64,000 bases of DNA from the IMG/VR virus record IMGVR_UViG_3300045988_151198; one strand, given 5' to 3'. Positions 26,304 through 37,550 of the stretch are shown piece by piece (the first letter of the stretch is position 1; every line of letters starts with the position of its first letter). The notes beneath the pieces are model-generated. The model made no database searches. It was not told where the DNA came from and saw nothing but the letters and a program-made list of their open reading frames with translations. Both the position numbers and the translations under genes were made by a program. This DNA is from a virus.

Positions 26304-26879
26304 ATGGCTTTTAATGTACAACAACTCCCGCTCAAACTTCTCTCTGAAATTTCATTTCAAATAGAGACGGAGGGTGCGAAAGTCCTTACGGGCTTTTCTA
26401 ATGCGCTCCGTCTTGAGATGATAAAAAATGCTAAAAGTATCCCCCTTTCCAAGAACCCTTGGTACGTAACGCCCAATGAAAATTTTAGAGAAACGCCATT
26501 TGTCCGTCCATCAAAAAGAATACCTAAAAAAGCTAAACTTGTTGACGCTGGAGCTTGGTATGCACATTTTCTTGAATACGGTACGGAGCCCCATGTTGTC
26601 AAGGGAAAAAGAAGTCCTAAAAAATGGATGCGATATGAAGACAAACTTGGCGTACCTCCCGGTATAGTATTCAGAGATCCAGCTACGAAAGAAATTATCA
26701 GATTTACGGAAAGAAGTAAAGTAGACGGAAAAGTCTACGTTTTTTCAAAAAAAGAAGAGCATGGCATTCCCGGTAAATCCACACCAAACCCTTTTCAACC
26801 TGCGGGATATGTGCGTAAAACTGCGGATTCAGCCGAAAAAGTGCTTGAAAAATATTTGTCCACGGAAGAGGGATCTTAA
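26304..26879 (+). CDS. hypothetical tail-associated protein
   Basis: About 190 aa between the GT chaperone and the tape measure. Start set to the ATG at 26304 after GGAGG. Confidence 0.4.
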   Translation: MAFNVQQLPLKLLSEISFQIETEGAKVLTGFSNALRLEMIKNAKSIPLSKNPWYVTPNENFRETPFVRPSKRIPKKAKLVDAGAWYAHFLEYGTEPHVVKGKRSPKKWMRYEDKLGVPPGIVFRDPATKEIIRFTERSKVDGKVYVFSKKEEHGIPGKSTPNPFQPAGYVRKTADSAEKVLEKYLSTEEGS

Positions 26880-29800
26880 TGGCGACTAAAAGACTCACAC
26901 GGCTAGTTATTCCGGTGGAGCTTGACGATAGTAAAACAGCAAGCACTCTCACCAATCTTAAAGAAGTAATCACTCAAACAAGCCAGCAAATTTCTCGGAG
27001 CATGGAGAAAGCCCTGCCCGTTGCTGATATTACTAATGCTTCTATAAATATTATCAGGTCAATCGGAAGTATTCAAGCGTCCGCCAAAACCGCCGCCGCA
27101 GGAATTAAAAGTGAGACTGATAAAATTGGGAACGCTCTGCAAGGTGCTTTCGGCGTAGATGCGACGAAAGCGTCTTCTATGATGCAAAAATTCCTTGAGA
27201 TGCGCGGTGTTGAAAGGGCGGTAACTCAGTTAAAACGGATGCAGCGTGAGTATGGGCTTACATCCGCCGAAGCTATTGAGTTTGCGAAAAGCATCAATGC
27301 GTCTGACGAGGTTCTTCGTCGATTTGCTGACACTCAGGAACGCACAAAACAGGGTGGTAGAGGCGTTTCCGGGCTTCTTACGCCGTATTCCCTTACTTCT
27401 GGTGTTCAAGCCGCAGCGGGCGCTGTAGGCGTTTCTTTCGGTATGTACGGAATGGTCGAGCTTACCAAGTCCGTATTTAACGCTACCACCGCTCTTGATA
27501 GCTTACAGCTTTCTTTCAAGTCGATTTACGGAGAGTCCGCAGTAGCCGAGCAATCCCTCGGGTTTGTGCGTAAAGTAAGTGATGAACTCGGCCTGTCTTT
27601 TATCGATACTGCGCAAGCTGCGAAAGCCTTATTCGCTTCCGCGAAAGGTACTGTCTTAGAAAACGACGCTCAGATGATTTTTAAAAGCTTCTCCCAGATG
27701 GGCGTTGCGCTTAAACTCACTGGCGAACAGATGAACTCTGTGTTCCTCGCTATCTCTCAGATGATTTCTAAGGGTAAGGTCAGCGCGGAAGAACTTAGGT
27801 TGCAGCTTTCTGAAAGAATGCCCGGTGCAGTGAATCTTTTTGCGAAAGCTATTGGAGTGACCACAAAACAACTTGACGATATGCTCCAAAAAGGCGAAGT
27901 GGGACTTGAACATCTTCGTACCTTTGCGGAAGAAGTCGGAAAGACGTATGCTAAGGGAGCGGAAGAAGCTTCTCACGGTCTGCAAGCCGAGCTTAATAGA
28001 TTGGCTACCGCATGGTTTGACCTTAAATCCGCAATGATGGATTCTGAGGGTGCAGCAGCTTTTATTCGCGTACTTACGGAAATTACGAAATTCATTGGAC
28101 AGAACATTGATTCAATAATGAATTTCGTGAAGTGGATTGGGATTGTATATACAACGCTTAAAGTTACTACGGCTTTCGGTGTTGCGGTAGATGCGCTCAA
28201 GAATCTCAGGACTGCTTTCACTTTAACTGGAGTAGCCGCAGCGGAAACTTCCGGCATAATGAAAGCCGCACAAGCTGTAATCGCTAAATTCGCACTTGCT
28301 TTTAACGCCAATCCTATCGCGCTTACCGTCACTGCTCTAGTCGCGGTAGGTACTGCGGCATACGCTCTTAGCAACCAGATGTCCGATTCTGAAAAATTCA
28401 TTTCCGGATATGCCAAGAGCTTCGACGAAATTGCCAGTAAGTCCGAAAAAGCTGCGGCAAGTCAGAACAATCTTTCGAACTCCAATAAACGTCTTCAAGA
28501 ACAATATCTTAGCGGTGAATACGTAAAGCGTCAGATGGACTTTATTCAAGCCCTTCAAGAGCTTCCTAACGTATTCTCTTCTACTAAAGTGGTGAGTTTC
28601 TTCGACTCTATTCTCGGACCGCTTTCCGATACGGATTCAGAAGCTCTCTTTACCTTGAGAAGTCAAGCCGTTAAGCTTGCTAAAGAGACTCGTGATGCTA
28701 TTGATAAAGCATTAAACGAAGAAACCGATCCGAAAGCCCGAGATGAAATGATTAAGAATACTCTTGATCGTTTCAAGATCATGTTCCGTACCATCAAGGA
28801 CGGCATGAAAGAAGCTGGTGCATCCGAAGAGGTCATTAAGCAATGGGATAATTTCGGTGGTGCCATTCTCAATGCAAAAGATACCGCAGATGCAGCTAAA
28901 GCGGCGTTGGAAGCACTCACCGGAGAAGCGAACAAAAGCGGGAATAGCATAACTAAATTCGCGGAAGCCTACGAAGCTATTCGCAAGGGGACAAAGACTA
29001 CAGAATTTGGTAAGCAACTTGCTGGACAGGAGGATTTCGAAACTCAGATTCGTGGCCTTCTCCAAATGTCCGAAGCTCAAGAGCAGTTGGAAAACAAGAC
29101 TCGGAATCTCCTTGCAGCATATACTGAACAGCAGAACGCCAATACTTTGACCGAAGAAAAGATGAGAGAGCTTGAATCAGCTTTTGATTCTATGTCTAGT
29201 CAATCTGGTCAACTTGATAATGCTTTCCGGCTTGTAGCTGAGGCGGCAGTATCCTCTGGAGCGGACGCTTCTACTCTCGATTCAATCATTGAAAAACTTG
29301 GGGAGACTTTCCATCTTTCATCTCAAGATATTGACGAGTTTAGAACAAAACTAAATTCTGCGTTGTCTGTTGCGGCACTCCAATCTGCGGAACAAAAACT
29401 CGCTGCTATTGAAGGTAAATTAGCAACAGTAGGGAGTAAGACCTCTCGTGCTGCTTTGACTACCCTTTCATCAATGAAAGAACTTCAAAAAGGGCAGGAG
29501 AAACAGATATTAGAAGCTATAGAATCCGGTGATTTTACGAATCTCCTTAATGCACAAGGAAATAAAATAGCCGCAGATGTAGCTAAAGTCTATAAAGAAA
29601 TCGCTGAAAAATCCGAAGCTCTTGTTGCCGCAGAAGATGCTAATCGCAAAGCAAAAAGAGACGCAAATAAAAAGCCAAAGAAAATCCCTGAATTTGATAT
29701 TGAAGGATTTGATGTTCGCGTACAGAAGTTGTTTGGAACCGAAACGAACTTCGCAAAAATTGTTGAAGCCGAAATTGAAAAATTAAACGCTTCACTGGCT

Positions 29801-30979
29801 ACACATAAACTTGATATTAAAAAAGTCGCGGAAATCTACAAAGATGAGCTTCCTGATGGATTACATTCCGTTGCTGAGGCGCAAGAGTTCCTGAGCAACA
29901 AGCTCAAAGAAGGATTGTTCGCCAAGCAAGCGGAAAAAGAAAAAAAAGCTGTCGATGATCTTCGTGAAAAGTTGATGGACTTTGAAAGGGCTTATTCCGA
30001 AATCGTTTCTGGCGATAAGGGTGAGGCCGCACTTAAATCCTATGAAAAGCAATCTAAGCAATGGAAAGACACCGCTGAGAAGCTCTATAGGTCTATATCC
30101 AATTCCGCGTTCTCTTCCACAGAAGAAAGAATCGCCGCTGAACAAGAATATGCCGATACCGTTGCCCGTATTGATGAATGGATGGCGGAACAGAGAATCC
30201 GTACGTCTGGTGGTGTTTTAGATAATCTGAAACTTGGTATCAAAGACTACTATGATCAGCACAAGAACTATGCTCTTGGATTGGGAGAAGTAGTAACCTC
30301 TACTACGGATAGCATGGCTGCCGCCTTATCTGATTTTGTGGTAGGAGGTATGCGAGACTTTAAGTCCTTCGGAGAGGCATTTGATAGCTTGGTCAATGAC
30401 ATGATCAGAAGCCTGTCAAAATTGCTTGCGCAACAGCTTATGTCCGGCATTCTCCAATCTGCGCTTGGCCTCTTCACCGGAGGTATTGGCGGTGGAGGCG
30501 GTGCCGATAATGCGGTTTCATTCTCGTCTTGGTTCGGCGGTATTAATAGAAAAGCCAATGGTGGCGTGATGACTGGAATTTCTGGTCATAGCAATTCGAT
30601 AGTAACTTCACCGACTCTTTTCTCTTACGGAAAAGAAATCAGCCAGTATGCCAATGGTGCTGGATTGATGGGAGAAGCTGGACCCGAAGCTATTATGCCT
30701 TTGACGAGAACAAGCTCAGGTAAACTCGGCGTCATTTCTAAACGAGAAAATGAGTCGAGCCGACCCACATCTTCTTCATCTTCCGAGGTGTTTGTAAATG
30801 TTTATAATTCTACTGGTCAAAAGGCACAAACCAAACAAACTCAGAATGCAAATGGGTCAAAAAGCATAGATGTTATAATTGGTGATGTCGCCGCACAGCA
30901 GATGCTTACTCCCGGCACCAAAGCCAATTATGCTATCAGAACTCAAACCGGGGCTACTCCCCCGACGATTAAGCGGTGA
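26879..30979 (+). CDS. tail tape measure protein
   Basis: 1366 aa, Ala/Gln/Lys-rich with alpha-helical and coiled-coil character, hydrophobic segments and a C-terminal Gly-rich region, downstream of G/GT. Confidence 0.85.
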   Translation: MATKRLTRLVIPVELDDSKTASTLTNLKEVITQTSQQISRSMEKALPVADITNASINIIRSIGSIQASAKTAAAGIKSETDKIGNALQGAFGVDATKASSMMQKFLEMRGVERAVTQLKRMQREYGLTSAEAIEFAKSINASDEVLRRFADTQERTKQGGRGVSGLLTPYSLTSGVQAAAGAVGVSFGMYGMVELTKSVFNATTALDSLQLSFKSIYGESAVAEQSLGFVRKVSDELGLSFIDTAQAAKALFASAKGTVLENDAQMIFKSFSQMGVALKLTGEQMNSVFLAISQMISKGKVSAEELRLQLSERMPGAVNLFAKAIGVTTKQLDDMLQKGEVGLEHLRTFAEEVGKTYAKGAEEASHGLQAELNRLATAWFDLKSAMMDSEGAAAFIRVLTEITKFIGQNIDSIMNFVKWIGIVYTTLKVTTAFGVAVDALKNLRTAFTLTGVAAAETSGIMKAAQAVIAKFALAFNANPIALTVTALVAVGTAAYALSNQMSDSEKFISGYAKSFDEIASKSEKAAASQNNLSNSNKRLQEQYLSGEYVKRQMDFIQALQELPNVFSSTKVVSFFDSILGPLSDTDSEALFTLRSQAVKLAKETRDAIDKALNEETDPKARDEMIKNTLDRFKIMFRTIKDGMKEAGASEEVIKQWDNFGGAILNAKDTADAAKAALEALTGEANKSGNSITKFAEAYEAIRKGTKTTEFGKQLAGQEDFETQIRGLLQMSEAQEQLENKTRNLLAAYTEQQNANTLTEEKMRELESAFDSMSSQSGQLDNAFRLVAEAAVSSGADASTLDSIIEKLGETFHLSSQDIDEFRTKLNSALSVAALQSAEQKLAAIEGKLATVGSKTSRAALTTLSSMKELQKGQEKQILEAIESGDFTNLLNAQGNKIAADVAKVYKEIAEKSEALVAAEDANRKAKRDANKKPKKIPEFDIEGFDVRVQKLFGTETNFAKIVEAEIEKLNASLATHKLDIKKVAEIYKDELPDGLHSVAEAQEFLSNKLKEGLFAKQAEKEKKAVDDLREKLMDFERAYSEIVSGDKGEAALKSYEKQSKQWKDTAEKLYRSISNSAFSSTEERIAAEQEYADTVARIDEWMAEQRIRTSGGVLDNLKLGIKDYYDQHKNYALGLGEVVTSTTDSMAAALSDFVVGGMRDFKSFGEAFDSLVNDMIRSLSKLLAQQLMSGILQSALGLFTGGIGGGGGADNAVSFSSWFGGINRKANGGVMTGISGHSNSIVTSPTLFSYGKEISQYANGAGLMGEAGPEAIMPLTRTSSGKLGVISKRENESSRPTSSSSSEVFVNVYNSTGQKAQTKQTQNANGSKSIDVIIGDVAAQQMLTPGTKANYAIRTQTGATPPTIKR

Positions 30980-30983
30980 TTAT

Positions 30984-31370
30984 ATGAGTATTACTTGGCC
31001 CGCAGATCTTCCTCAAGTACCCTTCGCAGACGGAGGGTACTCCGAATCAATGCCGTCCAACCTTCTTGTGTCTACTATGGATACAGGTCCGAGTAAAGTT
31101 AGACGGAGGGGAAGCGCGACTCCCGGAAAAATGAATGTATCTTTTAAAATGACTACGGCAGCTACTAAAAAATTAGAAACCTTTATCCGAACAATTCTTG
31201 GCGGTGGGGCAAAAGCCTTTGAATTTCCTCATCCTAGACTTGACAAAAATGTAAAAGTACGTATAATGCCGAAGTCGGACACGGAATTGTATGAAATAAA
31301 TTTCATCGCTCCCGGCCTATGGAAAGTAGATTTTACCTTTGAGGTTTTTTACGATGCCCCTCTCGCCTAG
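30984..31370 (+). CDS. minor tail protein (lambda M-like position)
   Basis: 128 aa. Start set to the ATG at 30984 just after the tape-measure stop; the ORF-track start at 30879 lies inside the tape measure. Confidence 0.45.
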   Translation: MSITWPADLPQVPFADGGYSESMPSNLLVSTMDTGPSKVRRRGSATPGKMNVSFKMTTAATKKLETFIRTILGGGAKAFEFPHPRLDKNVKVRIMPKSDTELYEINFIAPGLWKVDFTFEVFYDAPLA

Positions 31371-31875
31371 TACGGTGGCGTCGATGATGGCGCAGGAAAC
31401 GGATAACGCCGACATAGTTCTTTTGACAATTACGCATCCAAGCTGGACGGAACCTATTTATCTATCGTCCGACCCTACGGTTTTTCTCAGGAATGATACG
31501 GAAACTAATCTTCCTATCTACGGAACGATATCCCGTGGCAAAGAATTTCTTTATATTCCCATGAGAGCTATTGCCCCGGACTCTAGGCAAGAGACGCCTC
31601 CTGAATGCAAAATTTCAATCGACAATGTTTCGCGGTATATAGCACCGTATCTTGTTAAAACAGATCGACGCACTCCTAAAGTAACTTTTGAAATAGTTAC
31701 CACCGCTTTTCCGGATATTGTTGATACTGTGTATCCGGAATTTGATTTATCTTCCGTAACAATCAACGCCCAAACTGTAGATGCCAGCATTTCCTTGAAT
31801 ACGGCTTCGCAAGAGCCTGTGCCGTGGCTTAGATTTGTTCAAGCATATTTTTACAGTCTTTTTTATAGTGGATAA
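31354..31875 (+). CDS. minor tail protein (lambda L-like position)
   Basis: About 173 aa. Start set to the ATG at 31354 after the GAGG RBS. Confidence 0.45.
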   Translation: MPLSPSTVASMMAQETDNADIVLLTITHPSWTEPIYLSSDPTVFLRNDTETNLPIYGTISRGKEFLYIPMRAIAPDSRQETPPECKISIDNVSRYIAPYLVKTDRRTPKVTFEIVTTAFPDIVDTVYPEFDLSSVTINAQTVDASISLNTASQEPVPWLRFVQAYFYSLFYSG

Positions 31876-31878
31876 AAC

Positions 31879-32298
31879 ATGAAAATGAGAGACAAGTTTT
31901 CAAAATACATAGGAATCCCTTTTGTGGATCACGGAGTATCGAAAGAAGGTTGCGACTGTTATGGCCTTGTGCTTCTCGTGTATAAAGAGGAGCTTGGCAT
32001 TGATCTTCCGTGGCTCGGGGATTCCTATTCTCATGCGTATCGTAGAAAAGACGTAAACTCCACGGTAAAAAAGAACATTGATCTTGGTTGCTATATAGAC
32101 GTTACGAATGAGCCTCGCAAACCTCTTGATATTATTATTTTTAGGACTGGAGGTCTTGAAACACATATCGGACTTTGGGTTGAGGATGGATGGCTTTTGG
32201 ACATACTTGAAGGGGCGCATAGTACGATTCGTAGGTACGATACGTCTGAATGGAAAAACAGAATTACGAGAATTTTGAGGCACGTAGATGCGCGGTAA
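31879..32298 (+). CDS. tail-associated NlpC/P60-family peptidase (lambda K-like)
   Basis: GIPFVDHGVSKEGCDCYGLVLLVY contains the catalytic Cys, and a downstream His is present, as in phage NlpC/P60 tail proteins. Confidence 0.65.
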   Translation: MKMRDKFSKYIGIPFVDHGVSKEGCDCYGLVLLVYKEELGIDLPWLGDSYSHAYRRKDVNSTVKKNIDLGCYIDVTNEPRKPLDIIIFRTGGLETHIGLWVEDGWLLDILEGAHSTIRRYDTSEWKNRITRILRHVDAR

Positions 32299-35200
32299 AG
32301 CAATGAAAAAGCGAGCCTCTCGTAAAAGAGGGGAAATCACAGTTCTTGGTCGGCATTGGGCAAGTTCGTCTCGTGTCTCGCTCACAGTCCAAGAAGGTCA
32401 ATCCCTTGAAAACATCATCACAGACTCCGTAAAAATTCTTCGGGCTAACCAAGCTATCACTCCCGCATATGCCGAATATCTAAAGAAGCATTGTGTTTGC
32501 CGTGTGGATTTTATCAATATCCCTAAAGAAAAATGGGCCGTCACTTATCCTGCGGATGGTCAAAGAGTCGAGTTTTTCATTAAGCCCGGTAAAGGCGGCG
32601 GTAAAAATCCTTTTGCTACAATCCTTAACATTGTTGTAGCTGTCGCTGCTATCGCAGTGCCCGTACTTGCTCCGGCTTCATGGGGGTTGATGACAGCGGC
32701 GGGAGCCTTGACTTGGACTGGTGCCGCAGTAAGTTTTGGTATCTTAACGGTTGGCTCACTCGCTGTCAATATGCTTTGCCCTCCTGCAACACCTAAACTT
32801 AGCGGACCTAAATCTTCCGAAAAAGAATCTCCTACCTATTCTATTTCCGGGGCAAGAAACGGAGCGAACCCATATGGTTTTGTTCCTCTTATCTTCGGAA
32901 GGAATAAGGTCACTCCTCCTTTGGCAGCGAAATCTTGGACGAATATTGAATCGGATAAAACCTATTTCAATATGTGCGTTATTTGGGGGCACCCAGATAT
33001 GTCCGTAAGAGATTTTAAAATTGGGGATACGCCTTTAGAAAACTTTAAAAATATTGACCACAGATTCCATCCTTCTACCACTGGTGAGGGGCTTGTCTAT
33101 TTTGGCAAATCCTTTAATGAAGAAACCGTGGGGACTTTAATCTCGAAAGAAGCTGGATATATTACTCGGACAATGGGAGAATGCGATACAATCAGCTTAG
33201 ACATCACATTCTCCAAAGGGCTGACTTCCATCAATGAGAAAAATGGAGATAACTATGATCGTACCGTTGAATTTGAAGCTGAATATAAATTAAAGAATGA
33301 TACGGTATGGAAAGGACTTGTCGGAGGGTCATTCCCTATTCGTGGGACATCTATCGAGCTTAAAAGAAAAACTGGCTTTTATTTAAACGCCGGAAAAAAC
33401 TCTATTGTCTATAGTGATTTTTCTGGTAATATCAATATGGCTGATGGAGAAACAGCTCCAGTTAATACCGTTCCATTAGCAAAAGTTATTCTTGTATCAA
33501 CTCCTCATTATGAATTTGATGATGATGGAAGACAGCGGGTAACATATACATATTCATATACTTGCGAAGACTTGCGGGTAAGTTCTGTATCCGGTGCCGC
33601 TCCGTATATTAATGAAGTAAAACATTATACGAAAAAATGCGGATATGGATTAGGTAGTCCTTATTGGAGTTATACTTGCGTCGAAGTTTATGATTATTCG
33701 ACTTATGAAATTGTCATTCCTGACCAATATGTGAATGGCATTAACAAATTTGCCATCTCTGGACAGCAATTAAAGCCCTTGACCCGTACCTATACTGTGA
33801 ATGTTCCTCACGGAGATTACGATGTTCGTATTCGAAGACTTACTGATGATAATTCAAATAAGTATATCTATGATGAAGCTACGTGGGCGACGAAAAGGGC
33901 TATTGTAAATCGTCAATCTTTTTCAACTCCTGTTCCCGTATGTGTTTCTGAATTGCGTATTCAGGCATCGGAACAGCTTTCTGGATACGTCGATAACTTT
34001 AATGCTATTTGCACGGCATTGATTCCAGACTTTAATACTAGCAATAATACGTGGGAATGGAGGGAGACGAGAAATCCTGCATCTGCTTATAGGTATGTAT
34101 TGACATCCCGTCATGCTTTAAATTCTCCTTATACGGAAGACAAGCTTGACGAACCAACGCTACGTGAGTTTCATAAGTATTGTACCCGAATGGGGTGGAC
34201 TTTCGATTTTGTTTGTGATACAGAAGAGAATCTGTGGTCACGTCTTACTCAGATCGCTGCGGCAGCGCGTGCTTCCGTAACCACAGAAATAGATGGAAAA
34301 TATGGTGTGGTGATTGACGATAAGAATAAAACTCCTGTGCAGCAATTCAACCAGCGTAATAGTTGGGGATTCAGCATGGAGAAACTTTTTCCTAACGTCC
34401 CTCATGCTCTTAGAATCAAATTTGTTAATAGTGAAAATAATTTCCTGCAATCGGAAGATTTCTGCTATGCGGACGGATTTGATAAAAACAATGCTACGGA
34501 TATTCAAGAAATCGACTTTCCCGGCATTACTACGTGGACAAATAACTGGAAGCAAGGAAGATATCATTTAGCATCACAACTTCTTCGTCCCCTAAGCGTT
34601 ACAATTAATGCTGACTGGGAGCACAGGATGTGTCATCGTGGAGACGTTATTGAAATTTTCCATGACGTTCTCATGAACACTTTCGGAGCGGCACGTGTTG
34701 TAGGATTGATTTATCGGGATACAGGTGGTACGGAATATATTATTTACGAAAATTCCGAAAGGCCCATTGATACTCCCGCCGTAGGTGTCGTTCTTGATGA
34801 TTCCATTGTCTTTAGCGAACGTGATGTTATTTACGGTATTGCAATTAGAAATCCATATGGAAAAACTGTTACTTATCAAATTCAACCACAATTTGGAGAG
34901 GAACATTCCCATATTTATTTTACTTTTGCAATAACATATGCTACTACTCCCTATATTGGAGATTTAGCTAGCGTATCATTAATGGGTGAAGCGAATGATA
35001 AATACCTTGTAACTCAGATTGCGCCCGCCGAAAATTCTTCGGCGGAAATTAAAGCAATTCCGTATTCTCCCGAAGTTCTTGATGCGGATAAAGGAGAAAT
35101 TCCTCCTTGGAATCCTCCTATTATCATTGACAAGCTGCCTACTTATACTATTCCCAATCCTACTATTATACAGATAATTTCCGATGAATCCATGCTCGTT

Positions 35201-37531
35201 AAGATTGGGCAGAATATCATTCCTCAGGTTGGTATCTGGTTTAAGGTTGGAGATGGAACCTCGTTAGATTGTGTGGTTTACGCCCGTGCAAAGAAAACGC
35301 AAGAAGCAGCTTGGGGCAATACCGTTCGAACTTCCGTATCCGAAGGATATGTCGTCATTTCGAATATGGAGTCTGGTGAGCTATATGACTTGTCTATCCA
35401 AGTTACCGATCCTGTACGGGGAATTAGCAGTGATTGGATAACTCAAACCGGATATTTCGTTATTGGAAAAACCGCGCCGCCTCCTGATGTGGACGGCGTT
35501 ACCGCTGAGCTTCTTCCTCCGTCCGGGGTAAAAATCAGTTGGAATCCCGTAGCCACTCTTGATATAGATTACTATGCTGTTCAAGGGGACATTACAGGGA
35601 AAACGATTGACACGAGTATCATACTTCCCGTCCCAAATAAATTCGGCACATTGAATATGACAGTTAGCGCAGTGGATACGCTTGGAAATTTTTCCTTGCA
35701 ACCTGCCCCCGTTTCTGTTACTATTCAAAAACCTAAAAACCCTGTCATTAAAACGGAAGTCACTATCGATGGCCTTAAATTGAGTTGGACAGATTGTACA
35801 ACTTCTTGGCCTATCAAGAATTATGAAGTTCATGATAAATATATGTCAAGAACGGAATTTTCTAATGTGACTTCAATATATGTGTCGCCAAGACCTGTGG
35901 GTAATTATAAATTCACAGTGAAAGCTATAGACATTTTTGGAAATGAATCTGGTACTGTTCCTGCATTTATTGAAGTGGATCTTCTCGGGAGGGTCCAGCC
36001 GACAGCAAGAATTGATGGCGCTGATATCCTGTTAGAATGGCCTATTGTATCGTCGGCGTTTCCGATAGATGAATTCGAAATCGTTGAAGGGGATTTCACT
36101 CCGGTAGGTAGAGCGAAAGTCAACTATTTCCGAGTTCCTGCGGGAGCTGTCGGGTTTCATGAATGGAAAATCCGAGCACGAGATATCGTCGGTAACTATG
36201 GAGATTGGGGTGAAGTTTCTATCGAGATTAAACCTGCTGGTGCCCCAACTGTAAAAGCGACAATTCAAGAAGATAAAATCCTTATTTCTTGGGTAGCGCC
36301 TTCAACAATCAATTTACCAATAACTGAATACGAGATAGAAAATAGTACAACAGGAGAATCTTTCGGAAGGATTAATGCGACACAGATAGTCGTACCTCCT
36401 GAAAAAACTGGAAACCACATTTTCAGGGTTCGTAGTTGGGATACTGGAGGAAATGCTGGAGCATGGGGAGAAACGAGTTTCCGAATCGAAGCTCCCGGCA
36501 GAGTTTATATAACTCCTACCGTCATCGACAATAACGCGCTTCTTGTTTGGACTGAACCTTCCACGGTATTCTTTCCAATTCATCATTATGAGGTACTTCG
36601 TGGGGATGAATTGGAATACGCGGAACTTATTTTCAATGTCAACGCTTTGATTGTCAATATCTTTGAAGCTGTATCCGGTAATTATACATATTGGGTTGTT
36701 CCGGTAGACGTAGCAGGTAACAAAGGCACCGCAACTCCCATTACTTGCGTAATTTCTCAGCCTCCGGATTATGTTCTTTTCTATGATTGGGATTCCGTTT
36801 TCTCTGGAACACGCCATAATTTTGTTCTTGATGGCATTGGAGGGATGATTGGTCCTATCGTAGATGAGAATGAAACATGGACGCAGAATATTGCACGATT
36901 CGGTGGAACGACAGCGGACTCTACATGGAAAAACAAGGTGGATATTGCCGGACCTACTTGGATGGAACCAGCAGGTACAGAGGGGTGGTATCAAGAAGAA
37001 TTTGATTATGGACAAATCATGCAGTCCATCAGACTTGTGGTCACACCTACGGTTCAAATTCTTTCCGGCACGCCTTTGTATTATGTTAAAGTTGAATTTA
37101 AAGTGGATGTGAATGACCCGTGGGAATTAGCCGCAGAAAATGCTACGCAGGTGTTTTTACAGCGATTCCGGTATATCCGATTCACACTTGGAATGCTTCC
37201 GGACTCCACGGGACTTATCCGAGTGTCCGAATTGAACCTTAAATTCGACGTTAAAATTCGAAATGACTCTGGTGTCGCTTTGGCTGAGGCAAATACGAAC
37301 GGTCCAGAATGGCCCGGAAACGCAAATGATACTGGAAATCTGGTAAACTTTTCTATGCCATACCTCGATGTATGGGAAGTTACGGCTGCACCTGAAAGTG
37401 AAGATGCGGGATTGGTCGCCTTGGTTTCTTTCCAAGACATTCCTTCTCCCAAGTTTTTCAGAGTGTCTCTTTTCAATAATAAGGGCGAACGCACTACGGG
37501 GAACGTGGTGTGGAGAGCAGTAGGAATATAA
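32288..37531 (+). CDS. host specificity / central tail fibre protein (lambda J-like) with multiple fibronectin type III-like repeats
   Basis: 1747 aa directly after the K-like gene. The region around 35.4-36.8 kb encodes at least five repeats of about 90 aa with a W...P...Y.V.A.D..GN.S pattern (FN3-like). Confidence 0.75.
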   Translation: MRGKAMKKRASRKRGEITVLGRHWASSSRVSLTVQEGQSLENIITDSVKILRANQAITPAYAEYLKKHCVCRVDFINIPKEKWAVTYPADGQRVEFFIKPGKGGGKNPFATILNIVVAVAAIAVPVLAPASWGLMTAAGALTWTGAAVSFGILTVGSLAVNMLCPPATPKLSGPKSSEKESPTYSISGARNGANPYGFVPLIFGRNKVTPPLAAKSWTNIESDKTYFNMCVIWGHPDMSVRDFKIGDTPLENFKNIDHRFHPSTTGEGLVYFGKSFNEETVGTLISKEAGYITRTMGECDTISLDITFSKGLTSINEKNGDNYDRTVEFEAEYKLKNDTVWKGLVGGSFPIRGTSIELKRKTGFYLNAGKNSIVYSDFSGNINMADGETAPVNTVPLAKVILVSTPHYEFDDDGRQRVTYTYSYTCEDLRVSSVSGAAPYINEVKHYTKKCGYGLGSPYWSYTCVEVYDYSTYEIVIPDQYVNGINKFAISGQQLKPLTRTYTVNVPHGDYDVRIRRLTDDNSNKYIYDEATWATKRAIVNRQSFSTPVPVCVSELRIQASEQLSGYVDNFNAICTALIPDFNTSNNTWEWRETRNPASAYRYVLTSRHALNSPYTEDKLDEPTLREFHKYCTRMGWTFDFVCDTEENLWSRLTQIAAAARASVTTEIDGKYGVVIDDKNKTPVQQFNQRNSWGFSMEKLFPNVPHALRIKFVNSENNFLQSEDFCYADGFDKNNATDIQEIDFPGITTWTNNWKQGRYHLASQLLRPLSVTINADWEHRMCHRGDVIEIFHDVLMNTFGAARVVGLIYRDTGGTEYIIYENSERPIDTPAVGVVLDDSIVFSERDVIYGIAIRNPYGKTVTYQIQPQFGEEHSHIYFTFAITYATTPYIGDLASVSLMGEANDKYLVTQIAPAENSSAEIKAIPYSPEVLDADKGEIPPWNPPIIIDKLPTYTIPNPTIIQIISDESMLVKIGQNIIPQVGIWFKVGDGTSLDCVVYARAKKTQEAAWGNTVRTSVSEGYVVISNMESGELYDLSIQVTDPVRGISSDWITQTGYFVIGKTAPPPDVDGVTAELLPPSGVKISWNPVATLDIDYYAVQGDITGKTIDTSIILPVPNKFGTLNMTVSAVDTLGNFSLQPAPVSVTIQKPKNPVIKTEVTIDGLKLSWTDCTTSWPIKNYEVHDKYMSRTEFSNVTSIYVSPRPVGNYKFTVKAIDIFGNESGTVPAFIEVDLLGRVQPTARIDGADILLEWPIVSSAFPIDEFEIVEGDFTPVGRAKVNYFRVPAGAVGFHEWKIRARDIVGNYGDWGEVSIEIKPAGAPTVKATIQEDKILISWVAPSTINLPITEYEIENSTTGESFGRINATQIVVPPEKTGNHIFRVRSWDTGGNAGAWGETSFRIEAPGRVYITPTVIDNNALLVWTEPSTVFFPIHHYEVLRGDELEYAELIFNVNALIVNIFEAVSGNYTYWVVPVDVAGNKGTATPITCVISQPPDYVLFYDWDSVFSGTRHNFVLDGIGGMIGPIVDENETWTQNIARFGGTTADSTWKNKVDIAGPTWMEPAGTEGWYQEEFDYGQIMQSIRLVVTPTVQILSGTPLYYVKVEFKVDVNDPWELAAENATQVFLQRFRYIRFTLGMLPDSTGLIRVSELNLKFDVKIRNDSGVALAEANTNGPEWPGNANDTGNLVNFSMPYLDVWEVTAAPESEDAGLVALVSFQDIPSPKFFRVSLFNNKGERTTGNVVWRAVGI

Positions 37532-37550
37532 TATATGGAGAGCCCCCGAA

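Noticed and set aside
30879-30983. Extended N-terminus of ORF 30879..31370
   Set aside because: It would overlap the last 100 nt of the tape measure in another frame. The ATG at 30984 just after the tape-measure stop is the plausible start.
36314-37057. 247-aa minus-strand ORF inside the J-like gene, and similar internal ORFs at 35381..35833, 27973..28416 and 28712..29080
   Set aside because: They are fully embedded antisense in very long plus-strand genes (J-like, tape measure) and have no RBSs.
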